Source: a virus
Reading direction: 5' to 3' (one strand)
IMG/VR virus record: IMGVR_UViG_3300025528_000383
DNA: 64,000 bases
The position numbers were made by a program, and so were the translations under genes. This document shows, one piece after another, positions 9,726-20,041 of this stretch. Below the pieces are notes generated by a model that searched no databases, was not told the origin of the DNA, and saw only the letters and a list, made by a program, of their open reading frames with translations. How positions within the stretch are numbered: position 1 is the first letter of the stretch; each line of letters opens with the position of its first letter.

Positions 9726-10436
9726 TCACACGGCAGTTTCCAAGACTTCGCATTCCAGGATGGTCTTTTCGAATTCACCGTTTTTCGATGAATGAGAATA
9801 GATGAGGGCACACCGTTCTTCCACCAACAAGGTGAAGAGGTACCCACAGAGCACCTCTTTGGACATCGGCTCATCATCAATGGCGTCCCATTCAGTTTCA
9901 GTCGGTAAAAGCAGATAACCCTTTTCATGCTGTATCAATTTTTCTTGGTTGATGGGCCGACGATCTGAAGACAATGTGGTGATGACGTCACCAGTTTGGA
10001 AAGGTAGGGATTGTACTTGGCGATAAATCCGATAATAGGCGAGTATCCGTTCCTGTAAATCAAGAAGATAGTCTTCCAAAGATCCCAAATCGGCGATTTT
10101 GGGAATTTGTTTTTTCATTATGGGGAGAAGGCGGATAAGCGTCTCTCTATCCCGGAATGGACCGAGGTATTCCATGCTTGCTTCACGGGATTCCTTCAAA
10201 TATCCGAGGAAGTCCCGTATTTCCTCCAATGTCTGGATCTCCCTTTCGAACGCTTCGAATGTGTCCAATGACGGGTTTCCGAGATCCAGCAAGGCGTAAT
10301 CGCTTTCATCCAAATTAAGCAAGAGATTTGCTTGGATGTTTTGATTCGGCGTGTGAACATTCCAAGCGAGCGTTAGAACATCTTCGTTCCCCAACTTTTT
10401 CAAAGGATCGGTTGGTATAACTCCCACTTTTACCAC
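9726..10436 (-). CDS. Hypothetical protein
   Basis: RBS AAGGAAG, GTG start, 236 aa. Confidence 0.65.
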   Translation of the reverse strand: MVKVGVIPTDPLKKLGNEDVLTLAWNVHTPNQNIQANLLLNLDESDYALLDLGNPSLDTFEAFEREIQTLEEIRDFLGYLKESREASMEYLGPFRDRETLIRLLPIMKKQIPKIADLGSLEDYLLDLQERILAYYRIYRQVQSLPFQTGDVITTLSSDRRPINQEKLIQHEKGYLLLPTETEWDAIDDEPMSKEVLCGYLFTLLVEERCALIYSHSSKNGEFEKTILECEVLETAV

Positions 10437-10510
10437 TCTTCCTTCTTATATTTTTTTATAAAGCATTTTGAAAAAGAGGGTAACAAATCTCTTATATGAG
10501 ATTTTCACTA

Positions 10511-10539
10511 TTATACATCGCCCATTTCCTATGGTCAAT
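10511..10539 (-). promoter_or_regulatory. Promoter TTGACC-17-TATAAT; operator copy 10524-10539 contains the -35
   Basis: Read directly. Confidence 0.75.
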
Positions 10540-10611
10540 AACACCGGAACGGCCCCACTTCTCGCAATTATTAGGCCTTTCTCCCTACCTCCATAAAATC
10601 GACAGGAATTG

Positions 10612-10767
10612 ATAAAAAACCCCAGTTTTTTTGAAGCCTTGACCTTATTTTACACCATGTCCCCATTTTTGAAAAACTGTTTTCGAATGTTTTTATGTTT
10701 GCTACTTTCGACCCATTCCTTGGACTCTGTCCTCTTGGAATCCGACCAAAGTCCTGGACATTTCGTT
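10612..10767 (-). ncRNA. Candidate SOS-inducible small RNA (~155 nt)
   Basis: Lies between a strong LexA-boxed promoter and an AAAAAAC-TGGG-GTTTTTT hairpin; no RBS-supported ORF. Confidence 0.35.
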
Positions 10768-10773
10768 GAGTTT

Positions 10774-10802
10774 AGTATAGAACATATGTTCGTAAATGTC
10801 AA
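10774..10802 (-). promoter_or_regulatory. sigmaA promoter TTGACA-17-TATACT with LexA box AGAACATATGTTCG (10779-10792) in the spacer
   Basis: Near-consensus promoter and consensus Bacillus Din box. Confidence 0.85.
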
Positions 10803-10960
10803 CGCTGTACGGGAAATGATACCTCTCAAAGCCGTCTGGTTTTCGCAGATAGAAACGCTTATTTTCCCAAATTTCCGCACATAGCATGAAAAGATCCTAA
10901 AAAACAGGTGTTTTCCAAGAGAAAACATAATTGTTTCTAATGTTAATAGTTTCCATAAAA

Positions 10961-11005
10961 ATTGACTAAATTCAAATTGACTTTAGGCAATCGGTCTTGT
11001 AGAAT
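10961..11005 (+). promoter_or_regulatory. xre promoter TTGACT-17-TAGAAT with tandem operator copies (10961-10976, 10976-10991)
   Basis: ATTGACTAAATTCAAA and ATTGACTTTAGGCAAT. Confidence 0.75.
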
Positions 11006-11113
11006 TGGGGTGATAAAGGCGATTAAGGTAAAAAAAAGATTAGGAAAGAGACAATAGGGTTGAATAGGGGACATGTTGAAATGGTTGAGCAATTTGTTTG
11101 AGGGGGAGAAAAA

Positions 11114-11485
11114 ATGTTTCCAGAAAAACTGGACATTCCAAGAATGGTACGGACAGAAAGAGAAAAGAGATTCATGACCTATGCTGACGTAGCAAAGGGG
11201 GTAGGAGTTTCCGCTTCCTACATTTACCGATTGGAGAAGGGAATGCGGAAAAAGCCCTCATTTGATGTACTGGCACGTATTATTGAATTTTTTGGCCTCA
11301 CAGATCGGGATTTAAGACAGTACATTGATGGTGATATTTCTGAACCCCCTATTCTTGGAATCCAACAAGAGTTGTTGGATTTTGCTAAAGAGATGGATAC
11401 AAACAGCATGGCAGAAGTCTCAAAATTATTGGATATGGTTCGGGAGTACCAGAACAGCGTCCGGAAGGTTTCCTCACTACAGTAA
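11114..11485 (+). CDS. XRE-family HTH transcriptional regulator
   Basis: MTYADVAKGVGVSASYIYRLEKG...PSFDVLARI. Confidence 0.9.
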   Translation: MFPEKLDIPRMVRTEREKRFMTYADVAKGVGVSASYIYRLEKGMRKKPSFDVLARIIEFFGLTDRDLRQYIDGDISEPPILGIQQELLDFAKEMDTNSMAEVSKLLDMVREYQNSVRKVSSLQ

Positions 11486-11496
11486 GAAAGCACAAA

Positions 11497-11537
11497 AAAA
11501 GGCTAAGGGAGTTTGATTTCCTTAGCCTTTTTTTTCG
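11497..11537. terminator. Bidirectional terminator
   Basis: AAAAAAAGGCTAAGG...CCTTAGCCTTTTTTT. Confidence 0.8.
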
Positions 11538-11741
11538 TTCGGTGGTTGCGTTTCCGGCCTTTGGCCCGATCTTCGATAGGACGAGGCATTTTGCGGATTT
11601 TTCGTTGGTATCTTGACTTTCTCTCGAAGGATTCATAGAGATCTTCGTAATCTACCATAAGCCTTTTCCCCTTTATTTTGGAGTTATCTTATGGTAGATA
11701 AATCCTTTTGGTTTATTCCGGATTTTCCGTTTCAGCCTGTC

Positions 11742-12320
11742 CTATCTCTTCCGCCGGTCTTCGCAAACTGGGAATGGCACCACATTTTCAGGATCTTCTT
11801 TTTTGCTTTTGGGGACCGAATCCGTTTTTCCTCTATCCTCCCCCTTTTTCTTCAGATATTCACACGGGATAAACAAATCGAATCCAACCACCACCTGACC
11901 GGCATCATTAACGATCCAGTAATCCCCCGATTCCGGCTCCTTCTTGACCGGGTAAACCCTACAAGGCGTGAAACTTTTCCCGTCGCCGGCAGCCATCTCC
12001 AATCCATCCGAACAAAAAACGACGTGGGTGGCCTCATCCATTGGGCAGACTTCGTATCCTTGGGTGTCCGGAGCCGACTCGTTCCAGTGTCGAGTGACCG
12101 CTAAATAATAGTCCTTCTCTGGGATCTGTCCAACAAAACATAGGTTCTCTTTTTCTTTACAGAAATTGATATCCTCTGTAATCAGAGCCATCCGCCCTTC
12201 TCTGTCTGTTTCCCGAACCTTCCCAACCGAACGGAGTTCGTTTCCGTTCCGATAGGTCCAAACCGCATCGACCACGACCAAACGGCCAGACCATTCCCAG
12301 ATTTGCCCCTTTTGGTACAT
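11742..12320 (-). CDS. Hypothetical protein (start revised to MYQKGQ)
   Basis: The longer ORF start lies upstream of the promoter. Confidence 0.6.
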   Translation of the reverse strand: MYQKGQIWEWSGRLVVVDAVWTYRNGNELRSVGKVRETDREGRMALITEDINFCKEKENLCFVGQIPEKDYYLAVTRHWNESAPDTQGYEVCPMDEATHVVFCSDGLEMAAGDGKSFTPCRVYPVKKEPESGDYWIVNDAGQVVVGFDLFIPCEYLKKKGEDRGKTDSVPKSKKEDPENVVPFPVCEDRRKR

Positions 12321-12354
12321 GCTTGATCCCTCTTCCACTTGTTTTCTTATACTC

Positions 12355-12384
12355 ATTCTAATATGGGTATGTACTATAGTCAAA
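12355..12384 (-). promoter_or_regulatory. Promoter TTGACT-17-TAGAAT; operator copy 12369-12384
   Basis: Read directly. Confidence 0.75.
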
Positions 12385-12462
12385 GGTAGATCGCCACTTG
12401 TTCCCTGGATGGCTAACGAAACAAATATAAAATGAAAGAAAAAAAGAGAGCCGTTCTGGCTC

Positions 12463-12918
12463 TCAAATAACGAAAGCAAGTTGTTCATACTTTTTACCGT
12501 TATACGTAAACGGTTCACCGAACAATTTGTATTTAGTCTCTCTTTCTAATTTGTTTTCCTGAATCGTCATCTCACAGCGTTTTGAGAACGTAGGAACTAA
12601 ATGTTCCATGAAACGATTCAGGAAAGTTCGGACCATCGCCGGATGTGACCCTTCCTCCACTTCCCGGATCACATCTTGCATGAGATATAAGAGGTCGAGC
12701 TTGTGGTTTGGGACGAGTAGATCATACAACTTATCCCAAGAAAATTGCTCTTGGTATACCATCCCCCCATCTAAATCAAGACGTACAAATGCTCCATCAG
12801 CCTTCCTTTCAAGGACAAGTCTCTTCTGACTTCCCTTATCTTTCCATCTGTAATCCAGAGTACCGTTGAATGCTTCCAACAATAATTTCATGAACCTTCT
12901 GAACCCAACACCCCACAT
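12463..12918 (-). CDS. Hypothetical protein
   Basis: RBS AAGGAG. Confidence 0.55.
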   Translation of the reverse strand: MWGVGFRRFMKLLLEAFNGTLDYRWKDKGSQKRLVLERKADGAFVRLDLDGGMVYQEQFSWDKLYDLLVPNHKLDLLYLMQDVIREVEEGSHPAMVRTFLNRFMEHLVPTFSKRCEMTIQENKLERETKYKLFGEPFTYNGKKYEQLAFVI

Positions 12919-13066
12919 TTTACTTATCCTTCTCCTTTCATACCTTAATCCTGTTCGATCCAAATAAAGCGTTTTTCTTTATACCTGTGTTTTTACGTTC
13001 ATCCCATTGTACAAATCCGAGTCGCGTTTTATAACGATATAAAAAAAGGCTGCGATCTCGGCAGCC

Positions 13067-13390
13067 TTATAAATCGACGATTCGCAAAATGCGGACAACC
13101 CGATTTTCCTCGATTTCCCGTTTTGTCCGTTCGATCGCCATCCTTTCCTTCTGGGTTGCTTCCCGGATGACCTTCACGTCATCTTTGGTAATGAAGATCC
13201 CATCCGGTAAAGCAAAGTAGGCCTTCCCATTCGTATACTGATAGCACATCCCGACAAACGTCCGATTCTGAACTTGAAAAAGAAAACATTGGTTGACCGG
13301 GAAATCCGGTCGCTTTTCTTCCTCATGCAGCTCTTCTGTCACCGGCTCGACCAGTTCCGGCTTTCTCGAACGTTTGAATAAACGAAACAT
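13067..13390 (-). CDS. Hypothetical protein
   Basis: RBS AAGGAGG before MFRLFK. Confidence 0.6.
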   Translation of the reverse strand: MFRLFKRSRKPELVEPVTEELHEEEKRPDFPVNQCFLFQVQNRTFVGMCYQYTNGKAYFALPDGIFITKDDVKVIREATQKERMAIERTKREIEENRVVRILRIVDL

Positions 13391-13513
13391 CGTTTTAATC
13401 CTCCTTCCATCGTTTTTTGCCATTATCTATAGATAATATAGATTGATCCATATCCTTTACTTCCTTCATCGTGGATGGAGTCTGTCGAAGAAAAAAAGAG
13501 ACCCACAAGGGTC

Positions 13514-14107
13514 TCAAACAACATGAGTAAAATTCGGGCACTGCCGGGCGAGATCCAAAACATCTCGAATCGAAATCCGAGTGGTTGTATAGGGCCGATG
13601 GTTGTTGCAGTGGCACAGCCCCAAGCCCAATTCTTCGCTGTTGTAACAAGTCAATTCCCGGCGGTAAAACCCCCCTTCGATACTGCCGAAAATTTCATCA
13701 ACTGAAACCCGCTCTCCATCATTGTTTTTGATCCATTCGAGAACAAGTTGGTCTCTCTCAACTTGTTCCAGAATGAACCGATCCCTCTCCGTCAAGAGAG
13801 AGCGGGTCTTTTCGTCAAGGCGGTCAACAAATCGTTCAAATTTTTTTTCCTCATATTTTTCACGACTGATGACCTTCTCTACCTCGATGACCCCAAAGAG
13901 TTCAAACCTCGGTAACTCGTTCATTTCTTCCGGTTCCATATCGAACAACATCCGATAAAGTACCGGCGACGGGATCGCTTCCCACTTTTCTCCAGACTCC
14001 ATCACAACAAGATCGAAATGGAATACGTCTGCCTCGACATAGATCAGACGATCGTAATTCTCCATCCTTAAACGGTTCACCCATGCTTCATTTTTCTTTT
14101 TCAACAT
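13514..14107 (-). CDS. Hypothetical protein
   Basis: RBS GGGAGG before MLKKKNE. Confidence 0.6.
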   Translation of the reverse strand: MLKKKNEAWVNRLRMENYDRLIYVEADVFHFDLVVMESGEKWEAIPSPVLYRMLFDMEPEEMNELPRFELFGVIEVEKVISREKYEEKKFERFVDRLDEKTRSLLTERDRFILEQVERDQLVLEWIKNNDGERVSVDEIFGSIEGGFYRRELTCYNSEELGLGLCHCNNHRPYTTTRISIRDVLDLARQCPNFTHVV

Positions 14108-14245
14108 AAATATCCTCCCTTTGCAAATAAAAATTGACTTGGTCAATTCCTTTTTTAACATTCCTTTTATCTTAAGGGATTTCGCGAAAAAAAATAACAG
14201 GACCGATATGATCCTGTTACAAAGAGTCCTTTCCAGTACCACCGA

Positions 14246-14947
14246 TTAAGTGATGGGAGTTTGATGTTTGACAGCCATCCGAAAGAATACAGGGGCTGGT
14301 TCGAGCCCGACGGCGAGTTTGGCGTAACCATCCGCTAGCTCGTTGAACTCATTCCCAGTGTGGGCGGTAACTTTCCGGAATTCCACACGCATCGTGGGGT
14401 TTTCCCGGAAAAACCGTTGCATCCAATCGTAGTAGGTTTTGGAATAGGCCGTCTTCCTCCCCCATTCGCCTGTGGCGTGCTTACCAACGCCCTCGTAGTC
14501 GTGGTGGATGACGACGTGTGTTTCTCCCGCCTTTTTGGCGTACAGGAGAGCTTGCATCGCTCCAAGCAGTTCGCCGCCCACCTGGAACATCTCCACCGCT
14601 TCCGGGTTTTTCCCACTCCCTCGATCTGTGTGAACGACCTTTCCGTCTTTCACGCAGACGAGGCCGAAACCATAATTCTGGATGGCTTTGTTGTAACTGC
14701 CATCAACGAAACAGTGAAGCGTTTCAGGTTCGAGCTCTGTCCCGCTTATGTTTCCTCCTTCATTCAGGGCAAGGTAGCGTTCCGCCTCTTCTCTCGTCTT
14801 GAAACCTTTGTAAACAGCTCCGGCGACCCCTTTGATGAAGGGCTCCCCCTCGCTCCAAGGTTTTTCGAGAATGAGATTTTCGACCGGATTTCCCGTTTGG
14901 GGATCCATACCCTTCTTAATGGCGTACACCTTTTTCATCTTAATCAC
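14246..14947 (-). CDS. rnhA: RNase HI with N-terminal viroplasmin/hybrid-binding domain
   Basis: YAIKKG...W...YKGFKTREEAE; FVDGS, GGEL, HDYEG, NELAD. Confidence 0.85.
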   Translation of the reverse strand: MIKMKKVYAIKKGMDPQTGNPVENLILEKPWSEGEPFIKGVAGAVYKGFKTREEAERYLALNEGGNISGTELEPETLHCFVDGSYNKAIQNYGFGLVCVKDGKVVHTDRGSGKNPEAVEMFQVGGELLGAMQALLYAKKAGETHVVIHHDYEGVGKHATGEWGRKTAYSKTYYDWMQRFFRENPTMRVEFRKVTAHTGNEFNELADGYAKLAVGLEPAPVFFRMAVKHQTPIT

Positions 14948-15133
14948 AGCCTTTCTGATCGATTTTTGTCATTTCATTTCCATTGGTTGCCCAATTCCTG
15001 ACTTGTTTTGTTCCTTTTATTCTAGAAATTCCACTATCCCTCATAACCTTTCAGACTTCCCATACCGATTAAATCGACATACCGATTAGTAGAATACAAG
15101 AAACTGAAACGGTGTACGAAGGAGGCTTTTGCC

Positions 15134-15667
15134 ATGTGGAAACGCCTGAAAGCGAAACTGAAGGGGCGGAAAGGATTTGGCTCCATCGAGATCGCAATCT
15201 GTTCGCTCATCATCCTTATGATGATTGGCGGTTTGGCCGATATGATTCAAATCATGCAGAAAATCGACACCGTCAGCCAGACCACAGGGTATGTTGCCCG
15301 AACCATCCAAAAACAAGGCGGTGTGCGAACAGTACGAATCCAGAACTTTTACGGCAAGTACACGACTACGCCCGTCTTATACAACAACGTGAAGGATATG
15401 ATGGCGTCAAACGGGATACCAGAAGAGGATTGGAAGTTGTATATCGCTGTCGGAGACAAAACTTATTCGATCACACCGTCTACTTCCGTTCCGCTCGTCA
15501 ATTACGGTTACCGCATGAAGGTCATCTTGAAAGTCGATTATCGCTGGGCAATCTTGAGCAACATGATCCCGATTGACTTAAAAGCGACCAAGGATTCCGT
15601 CCGGGAAGTCCTCTCCGGTTATCAAATCCGGAATGGAGACGGAATGGGAACCGATCTTTCTTTGTAA
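15134..15667 (+). CDS. TadE/pseudopilin-like membrane protein
   Basis: Basic leader, G|FGSIE type IV prepilin-like motif, hydrophobic helix. Confidence 0.55.
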   Translation: MWKRLKAKLKGRKGFGSIEIAICSLIILMMIGGLADMIQIMQKIDTVSQTTGYVARTIQKQGGVRTVRIQNFYGKYTTTPVLYNNVKDMMASNGIPEEDWKLYIAVGDKTYSITPSTSVPLVNYGYRMKVILKVDYRWAILSNMIPIDLKATKDSVREVLSGYQIRNGDGMGTDLSL

Positions 15668-15856
15668 GAAAGTCCCCTTTTCGGGGGCTTTTTTTATCCC
15701 CGCTCCTCGGCCTTCTTGGATTTTGTAACTGGGACTTGGGATGAATAGCATGAATTAAACGAAAGGGGGGTGATCACCACAATCCGCTCATCCACTTCTC
15801 CGGCAACATGACCTTCCTCATCCATCCGACCTTATCACGAAAGGGGATACGCCTCC

Positions 15857-17107
15857 ATGAAATATGTTGTGGACACCTCATCGCTCATGCACCACCTCTC
15901 GGAAATCCCGTTTGCTGACTGCATCGTGCCCACTCTGGTACTTCGTGAATTGGACAAGCTCAAGAACTCCTCAAATCCGGAACTGTCCATCCCTGCACAG
16001 ACGGCGATCCGAGCCATCCGGAAACATCACAAGGAAATCCAGTTTGATTTCAACCAATACACCCGTTTCACCTACCTTTCCGAGGACGAATATGACCTTA
16101 GTTATACGGACAACCGCCTTCTGGAATCGCTGTTTCACCACCGGGAAAGCGGCCGGACGGTCGGTCTTATCACCAGCGATTTCGGTTTAGAAGTCCAGGC
16201 GAGATCGTTCGGGTTTGAGGTTTTAAATCCGGAAGACCGGACGAAAAAAGCCTATCATGGCACCATCGCCATACCGGCGGATGATCACCGGCTTCCGTAC
16301 TTCTTCAAAATGCTGTCGAATCCGGTACAAGAGAACGTTTTTGACTGTCTGGTGGGAGAATACATCCTAATCCTCAAGGAACCGGACATCCCGCAGAAGG
16401 GAGGCGGTGACGAGGAACAGGTAGCTGGGGTATGGAAATGGACCGGTGCCCATTACAAACGGGTTTCCATGAATCAGGTATTCTCCAGTTCGGTTTTTCC
16501 GGAAGTAAAACCGAAAAACTTCCGGCAAGCGGCCGCCATGGACAGTCTGAAGAACAACCCCTTGACCGTCATTACCGGCAAGGCAGGCAGTGGGAAAACT
16601 TACCTGGCGACCGCCTACATCATGCAGCAAATCGAGCAATTCGAGCGTCCCGTCTACCTTGTCACTAACAACGTGCCGTTGAGAGGAAGCCGGACGTTCG
16701 GATTCAAGAAAGGAAAAATCGTTGATAAGATTCTAGAATCCAACCTGGGGAGTATCCTGAAAAGCAAGGTCGGGGCGGACTATACTGAACACCTCGTCAA
16801 GAACGATAAAATTCAATTTGTTCCGCTGGAGGACATTCGAGGGACGAGCTACAACGGCATCGTCTACGTCACCGAAGCCCAAAATTACACCATTGACATG
16901 GTAAAGACCTTGCTGGAACGGGTGGAAGAAGAAGGTCAGATCATCTTTGATGGTGATCAACGGCAAATCGACCTGTCCTACGCCAAAGGGTCCAACAATG
17001 GAATTTGTCGGTTGCTGGAGGTTTACAAGGGGACAGGCTTCATGGGGCATGTCGAACTGCGAGACAATCTGCGAAGCGGGCTTTCCAAAATCGCCGACAA
17101 GATGTAA
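15857..17107 (+). CDS. phoH: PIN-PhoH fusion (PhoH2/YlaK-like)
   Basis: VVDTS, ELDKLK, TDN, ITSD (PIN); GKAGSGKT, EAQN, GDQRQID (PhoH). Confidence 0.9.
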   Translation: MKYVVDTSSLMHHLSEIPFADCIVPTLVLRELDKLKNSSNPELSIPAQTAIRAIRKHHKEIQFDFNQYTRFTYLSEDEYDLSYTDNRLLESLFHHRESGRTVGLITSDFGLEVQARSFGFEVLNPEDRTKKAYHGTIAIPADDHRLPYFFKMLSNPVQENVFDCLVGEYILILKEPDIPQKGGGDEEQVAGVWKWTGAHYKRVSMNQVFSSSVFPEVKPKNFRQAAAMDSLKNNPLTVITGKAGSGKTYLATAYIMQQIEQFERPVYLVTNNVPLRGSRTFGFKKGKIVDKILESNLGSILKSKVGADYTEHLVKNDKIQFVPLEDIRGTSYNGIVYVTEAQNYTIDMVKTLLERVEEEGQIIFDGDQRQIDLSYAKGSNNGICRLLEVYKGTGFMGHVELRDNLRSGLSKIADKM

Positions 17108-17216
17108 CCCATCACCCTCTGTTCCCAGAAGAGTTCTCATATTGTGTATCCCCACACATGATCAAAAATCATTCAAAAGAGAAGCAGCCCCATTTGCAGA
17201 GGGACTGCTTCTCTTT

Positions 17217-20018
17217 TTATTTCTTTTCGGAAGGTGTATTGGAAGGTTGAGTTTCCGTTGTTTGCTTGCTCTTTTCCTGTTCCTTCCCTTCAGGAGGATT
17301 CATGTCTTTATTTGTTTTCTCTGGAAGAGATTTTTCTTTTTTCCCCGGATCCAATTTCTTGAGGTCGATGTTGGGTACTTTGACCCCCTTACCTTTTAAC
17401 TCTTTGATGATGTCACTCAACCTTTTAAACTCCTCTTGCGTGAGGGTATCCCCTGAGATGATTTTTTCAATGAAGCTGTTGAGTTCCTCCTGCAAGGCTT
17501 GAATTCTCGCCTCTTCTTTCCGGCGTTCTTCTTCCTGCCGTTGTTTTTCCTCTTTCTGGCGTTGGATTTTTTCCAGTAACGCATCACGCTGGGTGGCAGC
17601 GATCGTTTTAAGTTCGCGAATCTCTACGGAAAACGCATCCTTGGCAGCCTGATGCTTCACCTGATCGTTCTGCATTTCAGCTTCCTCTATGAGACCAAGC
17701 CATCGGTCGTAATCGTCCGGTGTTTTCATCTGGAAGTTTCTCGCCTTCTCAATGGCTTCCGCCGTCAGCCGTTCCCGCTTTTGTTCTTCTTCGGCCGTAA
17801 GTCCGTAGATGATGCGGTAATCTTCTTTGGCGAGACGGGCCAATTGCCGTGCAGTTTCCTTGCGAAGCCGTTCTTTCTCGGCCCACTTCCGCTCGGCTTG
17901 AAGGGTTTTATACCCTTTTACTCGTGAGTATAGGATCCCGCCACTTCTATACACCGAATCCGGCATCTTGAAGTCGATGACCTTTTTTCCTTTGTGGAGT
18001 TTGGCATTCCACTCTCTGAATACGAGCTTAGGCAGGTTCATTTCGGATAAGGAAAGGGTCTTCGGCATGTCATGACCGACCCAGATAGCGGTGGTATAGT
18101 ATGGCGTGCCCCCAACGAAATAGCTGTCTTTATCAGCGGTCGTCGTCCCTGTTTTGCCAAAGGCATACGGGTAATTGGGAATCTTTGCCGCCTTCCCGGT
18201 ACCTTTCGTAATGACCCCTTTCAGGACATCCACCATAAAGTAGCTGGCGTCATCTCGCCATACGGGGATTTTGGTATGATGATTTTCTACCAGCGTCTCA
18301 CCGGTCACGCTGTCTTTAATTTTCCGGATGTTTGACGGCTCAATAAATTCCCCACCCCGGGCAAAAGTCGAATAGGCCGAGGCCATCTCCACGGTCGTGA
18401 CCCCGTTCGTGAATCCCCCGAGGGCGATGATGGGATTGGCGTCTTCCGGGGCAAGATGGGAAAATTCCATGAGCTCCAACTTCTTCATGAACGTATCCGC
18501 ACCAACCGCACTGGCCAACTTGAAGGCAACAGTGTTCACGGACTGTTCAACAGCATAGCGGATGGTCATGGGGCCACGATAACCCCCGTACCAGTTTTTC
18601 GGCCCATTTGGAATCTTCGAGTCCACGACGATGCTTTCCGGCCGATACCCTGCTTCAAAAGCGTTGGCGTAAGCAATGATGGGCTTGGCGGCTGAACCCG
18701 GTTGCCTTGGGGATTGATATGCCCGGTTCAGGTTATCCCCTTTTTGCCCCCGTCCACCAACAATGGCGACGACCTCACCCGTCTTGTTGTCCACTGTGGT
18801 GACGGCGATTTGGGTCTGGTAACGCCCGTCTTTCGACTTGGCTTGGAAACCGGAAGTCAGGTGAGCCACGGTTTTTTCCAAAGCGGCCTGGGCTTTCAGA
18901 TCGATGGAGGTGTAGATCTCATACCCGCCTCGGAGGATGCTTTGCCAAGCCTTTTCATAGGCTTCCTGGTAGTGTCGTTCATAGGCTTTTTGTTCCTCCT
19001 TCGATACAAACCGGTACTGGAAGTGGAATCCATCCCGTTTCATCAAATCCTCGGCCGCCTTGTGAATGGCGAAACTCAAGGCGTAATTGTTGGACACCCG
19101 GTTGTCGAAGTTGTGTTTTTTCACGTTGAGCCGGATGGGTTTGGAAACGGCTTGTTCGTATTCTGACTTGGTAAGAATCCCATTGTCCAACCAAATCTTT
19201 AAGATGCGGTTTCGTTTATTGAGAGCATTCTTCGGTTGGGTAATGGGGTCGAACAAGGATGGGTTGTTTGTGATTCCGATGATAACGGCACATTCAGATG
19301 CGGTGAGGTCTTTTTGGTCCTTTCCGAAGTAATACCGGCTCGCCGGACCGATGCCGTAGTTGCCGTGGCCGAAGTAGACGTTGTTGAGGTAGTCGGCGAG
19401 AATTTCCTTCTTCGACATTTTTTTCTCTAACTCTTGAGCGATCACTTGTTCCATCAGTTTCCGCTCGATCGTCACCTGATTGTTTTTCAGGATGACATTG
19501 CGAACGAGCTGTTGGGTGATGGTGCTTCCTCCCTGCACGTCTCCGCCGATCACCGTCGAGAAAATGCTTCGGATCGTGCCGTACAGATCGACCCCGTGGT
19601 GGATCCAAAACCGCTTATCCTCCACGGCCACCACCCCTTTGAGAAAATACGGGTTGATTTCCTTGTAGGGCGGGGCTTCATAGTCATACTCTTTGAACTC
19701 CTTGATGACTTTCCCGTTCTTGTCATACACCACAGTCGGTTTCCGTTGAACGAAGTCCGATTTCTTGATGGACTTGGCGATCTCAAACCCCTTGGTGACG
19801 CTGGTGGTGATGGTGTCCCCGTACTTATGCCAGAGCACGCCGCAAGCGATGACGGCCGCCACAAGGAACAACAAAAACAGCCACAACAAGATCTTCAAGA
19901 TCCGGCCGATGATCTTCCGCCAACGAGGTTTTTCCTTCTTCGGCGGATGGCGGCGAGCCATCCGGGAATTTCCGTCCGATTGAGGCGGGTTTTCCCAGGT
20001 TCCGGGGTTCATCCCCAT
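17217..20018 (-). CDS. Class A penicillin-binding protein (transglycosylase-transpeptidase) with C-terminal coiled coil
   Basis: TM anchor; EDKRF, HHGVD, GGSTITQQL, RK; SAAK, SVN, KTG. Confidence 0.93.
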   Translation of the reverse strand: MGMNPGTWENPPQSDGNSRMARRHPPKKEKPRWRKIIGRILKILLWLFLLFLVAAVIACGVLWHKYGDTITTSVTKGFEIAKSIKKSDFVQRKPTVVYDKNGKVIKEFKEYDYEAPPYKEINPYFLKGVVAVEDKRFWIHHGVDLYGTIRSIFSTVIGGDVQGGSTITQQLVRNVILKNNQVTIERKLMEQVIAQELEKKMSKKEILADYLNNVYFGHGNYGIGPASRYYFGKDQKDLTASECAVIIGITNNPSLFDPITQPKNALNKRNRILKIWLDNGILTKSEYEQAVSKPIRLNVKKHNFDNRVSNNYALSFAIHKAAEDLMKRDGFHFQYRFVSKEEQKAYERHYQEAYEKAWQSILRGGYEIYTSIDLKAQAALEKTVAHLTSGFQAKSKDGRYQTQIAVTTVDNKTGEVVAIVGGRGQKGDNLNRAYQSPRQPGSAAKPIIAYANAFEAGYRPESIVVDSKIPNGPKNWYGGYRGPMTIRYAVEQSVNTVAFKLASAVGADTFMKKLELMEFSHLAPEDANPIIALGGFTNGVTTVEMASAYSTFARGGEFIEPSNIRKIKDSVTGETLVENHHTKIPVWRDDASYFMVDVLKGVITKGTGKAAKIPNYPYAFGKTGTTTADKDSYFVGGTPYYTTAIWVGHDMPKTLSLSEMNLPKLVFREWNAKLHKGKKVIDFKMPDSVYRSGGILYSRVKGYKTLQAERKWAEKERLRKETARQLARLAKEDYRIIYGLTAEEEQKRERLTAEAIEKARNFQMKTPDDYDRWLGLIEEAEMQNDQVKHQAAKDAFSVEIRELKTIAATQRDALLEKIQRQKEEKQRQEEERRKEEARIQALQEELNSFIEKIISGDTLTQEEFKRLSDIIKELKGKGVKVPNIDLKKLDPGKKEKSLPEKTNKDMNPPEGKEQEKSKQTTETQPSNTPSEKK

Positions 20019-20041
20019 CCCTCCTTCATATCTCATTTACC

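Noticed and set aside
10656-11075. GGGGACATG present in inverted orientation on both sides of the switch region
   Set aside because: A 9-bp match occurring twice could be chance.
14133-14147. Perfect-armed palindrome ATTGAC-TTG-GTCAAT in the leader of 13514-14107
   Set aside because: The spacer is 1 bp shorter than in the 20 counted operators, so it was not counted; it could be a variant site.
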